Shown piece after piece: positions 59,909 through 64,000 of a stretch of 64,000 bases of DNA. Origin of the DNA: Bacteroidota bacterium (GTDB lineage Bacteria > Bacteroidota > Bacteroidia > 2-12-FULL-35-15); contig CANFRC010000009.1 of the NCBI GenBank assembly GCA_947449315.1, positions 71,157 through 135,156 of the forward strand, written 5' to 3'. The translations under genes were made by a program, and so were the position numbers. The first letter of the stretch is position 1. Each line of letters opens with the position of its first letter. The notes under the pieces are model-generated. The model did not search any database, was not told where the DNA came from, and was given only the letters and a program-made list of their open reading frames with translations.

Positions 59909-60996
59909 CTAGCACAACCCGCATCATCGTCTTCTAGTATATCAATTAGAAGAGATGATTTTTTCTGTGCATTCTTTTCAGTTTTTTTTATGTAATCTTC
60001 TTTTATCTGTTGAATTCTTTCAGGCTTAATTAAATCACCTAAGGCCTCCTCACTCCATGAGTATCCAGTTTTTTCATATTCCAAAGCCTTGTTAAAAAGA
60101 TCAGGGTGCTGTTCGTAAAGCCAAACCCACTCTATTTTCTGCTGGTAAAAACAAAAATAGCATCCTGAGCGGCTTCGTGCATACTCCCCCATTTTACCGT
60201 TTACTTCAAATTTAATCTTTTTATAATACTCAGGCACTCCAACTCCACTTTCTTCTAGTATTTTAAAAATGTCACTTTTAATTAAGATATCCTCATTATC
60301 CAGCAAAGCAAAATCATTTTCCATTGCAAGAGGGTACTCTGTAGTTTTCAGAAATTGAAATACTAAATGATTAAAACCTTTGATGTCGGTATCTAAAATA
60401 GCATTCAATTTATGTTTTAAGGTAAATGAAGTGTCTATTTTCTTAGAAATTAATGCTTCAAACTTTTCTTTATTTCTGCCCCAGTATACATTTGAAAACA
60501 TCGGCATAACTTTATCTAAATTTTGATTGGATAAAACCTTAGCAATAACATCTTCACTCCAAATGTTTTTTCGAAAAGGGAAAATCGATTGAATATTTTT
60601 TTTGGTAGAAATATAACCTTCTCTTTCCTCATCACCTCTGATGCCAACGTAAGAAACTACAGGATCATTTCCAACGTATTTCTCAAAGGGGTCAAGCTTT
60701 AAGGTCTTTGTGCACCATCTAGCAGTTGCAGAAGGCAAATAACCACCATGCAACGTCAAAAAATGATCAAATGGATCAGCTTCCGAAGTCTCTCTTGTTG
60801 CCAAAAGTAAATTAATTTTGATTCCTAAATAAACCTCCAAATTTTTTATCAGTTGGTAAGTTTCGTCAAGCTCCTTTCCAGTATCACATGAATAAAACTC
60901 CAAATCAATGCTTGGATATTTTGTTTTCATATAAATAGCTAAAGCAGCACTATCTTTTCCACCTGAAATCCCTAAAACGTGTCTTGTCTTTTTCAT
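59896..60996 (-). CDS. PAPS-reductase-family PP-loop ATP pyrophosphatase (DndC/SspD/BrxP-like), 366 aa
   Basis: N-terminal PP-loop HVLGISGGKDSAA. C-terminal Cys cluster (RSGCYFCFYQ … DAGCASCFI) as in DndC-type proteins. The start ATG overlaps the upstream gene's stop (TA[A]TG). Confidence 0.8.
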   Translation of the reverse strand: MKKTRHVLGISGGKDSAALAIYMKTKYPSIDLEFYSCDTGKELDETYQLIKNLEVYLGIKINLLLATRETSEADPFDHFLTLHGGYLPSATARWCTKTLKLDPFEKYVGNDPVVSYVGIRGDEEREGYISTKKNIQSIFPFRKNIWSEDVIAKVLSNQNLDKVMPMFSNVYWGRNKEKFEALISKKIDTSFTLKHKLNAILDTDIKGFNHLVFQFLKTTEYPLAMENDFALLDNEDILIKSDIFKILEESGVGVPEYYKKIKFEVNGKMGEYARSRSGCYFCFYQQKIEWVWLYEQHPDLFNKALEYEKTGYSWSEEALGDLIKPERIQQIKEDYIKKTEKNAQKKSSLLIDILEDDDAGCASCFI

Positions 60997-63900
60997 TATT
61001 TCAATAAATCCTTCAATAGATTAACCAATGCAGCAATATTCAATGTTTTATCTGAAGAAAGTTTCTTTTTTAATTGTTCCTTAATTTCATTTATCTCCAA
61101 CTCTTTCTTCTTAGGTATTTTTACGATTTTAGGTGCAATTCCACTAAAAAACGAGTCAATTTTAACGGCTATAACTTCTTCCTTATCTTCATCAATATCA
61201 GTTTTAGAAATATTAGTCAACCCATCAAGTTGTATGATACAGTTTTTAAATTTTTCATACAAACTAATCTCGTCCTCATCTTTAAAGGTATCTAACGTTT
61301 TACCAACAGCAATTTGAGCAAGTGAGTTCAACCAAATCTTCTTATCGTCAATTTTCGAATTTATTCGTTGAACAAATACTTTCTGATCAGCTAATAGCAA
61401 ATGTTGCTTTAACTTTTTAAATCTCTGCTGCAGCTTTTCTTTGTAATCTTCAAAATCTAATTTATCATATACAATTTCATTACAAATAAATTCTTCAAAA
61501 CGCTCAACTAATAAATCATAACATGATCTTAACTCACGAATTGTGCTCTGCAAAGTATTTGTGTATTTCTGTAACTTCTTTTTATCCTTTTGTAGTTCTA
61601 AAACCGTAAAGTCTAAAGCTGCAGGAAATGCATTAAAAAATGTATCTTCTGGGTCTTTAGAGGAAGCTATAGAAGTCCTGATTTTAATAGCTTCTTTTGA
61701 AAGACGATTGGTTTGTTTTGAATATTCAGGCAATTGCTTGTAAAAAGTAAGAAATGGCTTTATTGTTTCAATAAATGACTTATTATCAATCTTTACCCCA
61801 GTAGCTTGATTCAAAAAAGTTCTATAACTATTGAATATATCTAATTTGACACCTTCAATATCGAATGCTTTTATTTTAAATTTCGCAGGTAACTTAGAAA
61901 CTAATTCTAAATTTTCATCAGAAAGATTAGGAACGTACCCTGTTTCTCCAAAAAGCGCAAAATCGTCACGTTTAATAAACAGGAAAGTTGGAATCCAAAA
62001 ATCAATTAAGCCTTGTTTGAGCTTAAATGGCCTTTTGCTTAATATATCGACAAGCTCATCAATAGACCTAGGTTCAATTTTCGTACTTGCAATAAACTTT
62101 TCTGATGTGTTCCAAAGATCCAAAAATGAAGAAGAATTTTCAACACTTGGTACATCAGTACTTCCATCTCTAATTGGAGAGATACCATTTTCTTTCATTA
62201 GAGAAAGAAAAATAGTTTTCTCTGGCGGGAATTTATCGTTTTCAAAACCAAGATTCTCCTTATCCCAATTATTTGCTAAAGCTTTAAAATAATTTTTCTT
62301 AGCCGAATGAATAGATGGAGAAATCCTATGTTTATTCATCAATTCATTAACAAATTCTGGAGTAGAACTATAAACCGAATCGCAAATTTTAGATAAAAAT
62401 TTATTAAATAATTTTTTGTCTGTTATTGTTTTCACTTCCCCGTCCTTCCAAAACCATCTAACGTCAAGATTGTTACTGAATAGATTAGCAACAATGTATT
62501 CATTTAATATTTTTTTCTGATGTGAAAGAATACTCTCTAACTCACGTTTAGCAACTTTATCATCGACATTTTCTTCAATTACTTTTTGAATTTTTTCAAT
62601 TTCGAAAAGCAAATCTTTAATTTCATTTGCATTTCTGTAGAAACCATAAATAACAGCATCTTGTTGATTAATAGCTATTTTTTCGAGTTCATTTAATTTA
62701 AGCTTTGAATTAAATATTAGATTTATATAACCATCTATTTCACCCGTAGGAATTTTTTCTATGGGATACTCTGAAATAACAAATTCGAAAAATCGAGGAG
62801 TACCCTTTTTATAGGAATGCTGCTTTGCCAATATTGGAGCAAAAGAAAAATATTTATTTAACAAAGTAGTTATATCAGTTACCTCAGATACTTTATTTGC
62901 AGCTTCAATAAGAGCTGTTTGTATATCCAAATCTGTACCTTCAAACAAAATATATCTTTGTGAATGGGCTCTATATAGTATAATTTTTTTCTGCTCAAGC
63001 TTTTGAATTAGTTCTCTACCGTTCTTTATTCCACAAGAAGTGATTAAATATTCATCTAGAAAAACAAGGTCTAATTTTGACCCACTAGCCGAAAAAATGT
63101 TAAGCAACCCTATTGTCTTAATAATTTTTGAATACTCAACTATAGAATCATCAAATGCTCTTTCAACTTCTTCAATAGCTGTTCTTATAGAAGACCATGC
63201 AGAAAAATCAGAATTATATTTTGAAGTTAAGTACGAATAAAAATTAAAAATTAAATAATCGTATACACAAGATAAATTATAAAAAGGATTGTCTTTTTTA
63301 TTAAACTTAGCTAAACCAGTATTATCTGTAGATTCTAGAAAAGAAAACAATGACCTTTCATTTTGCCCATATCTTTGAAGTGATAGGGTCAGTACATTAG
63401 CAGAAAGTATATCCAGAGGATATAATTTACTAGCAATTTGTTGTAGAAAATCCTTGTTAAAACTAAATGCTTTTGTATTTATATTAAGCTTTAATGACCT
63501 TTCTATAATAGCCTTTCCAGCTATTGCTTCAACCGTTTCACCAATATGTTCAGAAGCCAAGAACAGCAATTGTTCCACTGGCTCATTAAAAGTAATTTCC
63601 TTAAATCGTCCCTTAACTTTCGTCCACTCTTGCTTCTGTTGTCCTTGAAGTGAAAACGCATACGATTCAAAACTTTGATGAACGGTAGTAATAAAAACGA
63701 TATTATACTTTGGGTCATTGCAAAATTCAGCCAATTGTTGAATAAAATACAATTCATCTTCTGGACTATTTTTTGAAGCATACTCTAAAAATTTGCCAAA
63801 TTCATCAATAAGAAGGAAAAGGATTTTATTTCCCTTTCCCAATGAGTGATATCGATTGAAGATTTCAGAAAAAATATTTTCTTGTTTATTTTTGTTTGAT

Positions 63901-64000
63901 GTTATCTTAAGAAGATCCGCAAAAGTTTGTATAACACTGTTATATTCCCCAATCACCTTAAGGAAATCAACTTTAGGATTATCTATAAAATTAACATTGA
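60996..64000 (-). CDS. large (>1000 aa) ATPase-like protein, N-terminus lies beyond the window end. BrxC/PglY (DUF499) or SspC-like is a candidate family.
   Basis: The minus-strand frame is open from 60996 to the window edge with no stop; the listed GTG at 63956 is not the true start. A Walker-B-like GNKILFLLIDEFGKFLEY lies near the visible N-terminus. The remainder is a long, mostly alpha-helical K/E/L/I-rich body. No P-loop is visible in the window; it is presumably upstream. Confidence 0.55.
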   Translation of the reverse strand, partial: NVNFIDNPKVDFLKVIGEYNSVIQTFADLLKITSNKNKQENIFSEIFNRYHSLGKGNKILFLLIDEFGKFLEYASKNSPEDELYFIQQLAEFCNDPKYNIVFITTVHQSFESYAFSLQGQQKQEWTKVKGRFKEITFNEPVEQLLFLASEHIGETVEAIAGKAIIERSLKLNINTKAFSFNKDFLQQIASKLYPLDILSANVLTLSLQRYGQNERSLFSFLESTDNTGLAKFNKKDNPFYNLSCVYDYLIFNFYSYLTSKYNSDFSAWSSIRTAIEEVERAFDDSIVEYSKIIKTIGLLNIFSASGSKLDLVFLDEYLITSCGIKNGRELIQKLEQKKIILYRAHSQRYILFEGTDLDIQTALIEAANKVSEVTDITTLLNKYFSFAPILAKQHSYKKGTPRFFEFVISEYPIEKIPTGEIDGYINLIFNSKLKLNELEKIAINQQDAVIYGFYRNANEIKDLLFEIEKIQKVIEENVDDKVAKRELESILSHQKKILNEYIVANLFSNNLDVRWFWKDGEVKTITDKKLFNKFLSKICDSVYSSTPEFVNELMNKHRISPSIHSAKKNYFKALANNWDKENLGFENDKFPPEKTIFLSLMKENGISPIRDGSTDVPSVENSSSFLDLWNTSEKFIASTKIEPRSIDELVDILSKRPFKLKQGLIDFWIPTFLFIKRDDFALFGETGYVPNLSDENLELVSKLPAKFKIKAFDIEGVKLDIFNSYRTFLNQATGVKIDNKSFIETIKPFLTFYKQLPEYSKQTNRLSKEAIKIRTSIASSKDPEDTFFNAFPAALDFTVLELQKDKKKLQKYTNTLQSTIRELRSCYDLLVERFEEFICNEIVYDKLDFEDYKEKLQQRFKKLKQHLLLADQKVFVQRINSKIDDKKIWLNSLAQIAVGKTLDTFKDEDEISLYEKFKNCIIQLDGLTNISKTDIDEDKEEVIAVKIDSFFSGIAPKIVKIPKKKELEINEIKEQLKKKLSSDKTLNIAALVNLLKDLLK

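Noticed and set aside
61074-62292. Plus-strand ORFs (61074-61295, 61543-61743, 61831-62292) in the island
   Set aside because: They are shadow ORFs antisense to the >1000-aa minus-strand ATPase gene. They are Ser/Phe/Leu-rich, the expected result of reading its K/E/L-rich codons backwards.

Overview
This is an AT-rich Bacteroidota-type chromosomal window. The assignment rests on T9SS C-terminal sorting domains, a Bat aerotolerance operon, TAnnTTTG -7 promoter motifs and a Rho with an N-terminal insertion. Positions 1-49400 carry ordinary core genes. These include a fused 2-oxoacid dehydrogenase E1, murQ, pruA, aroC, hutI plus formimidoyltransferase-cyclodeaminase, a patatin-like membrane phospholipase, an ECF sigma factor, uvrA, truA and an MsbA-like exporter. 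The Bat aerotolerance operon runs moxR-DUF58-orf-batABCDE. After it come rho, a TonB-dependent receptor, mpl and an Opp-like peptide ABC transporter. A tRNA cluster (Ser-GCT, Pro-TGG, Arg-TCT) at 49.5-50.1 kb is followed by a noncoding stretch. That stretch holds a truncated 3' fragment of mnmE, a hallmark of site-specific island integration. Downstream, from about 51 kb to the window end and beyond, is an even more AT-rich accessory island. It encodes a cysteine desulfurase, a small HTH protein, an SF2 helicase, a GHKL (MORC-like) ATPase, a single-HKD PLD-family nuclease, a 524-aa DGQHR (DndB-like) protein translationally coupled to an HNH nuclease, and a convergent minus-strand operon. That operon holds a >1000-aa ATPase that runs off the window, translationally coupled to a PAPS-reductase-like PP-loop protein (DndC/SspD/BrxP-like), followed by a frameshifted nucleoside-2-deoxyribosyltransferase-like gene. 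The island has three of the hallmark phosphorothioation (Dnd/Ssp) components but no DndD or DndE. They are interleaved with a helicase, GHKL ATPase and PLD nuclease set and an HNH nuclease. I propose this is a previously undescribed composite DNA-modification/restriction defense system.
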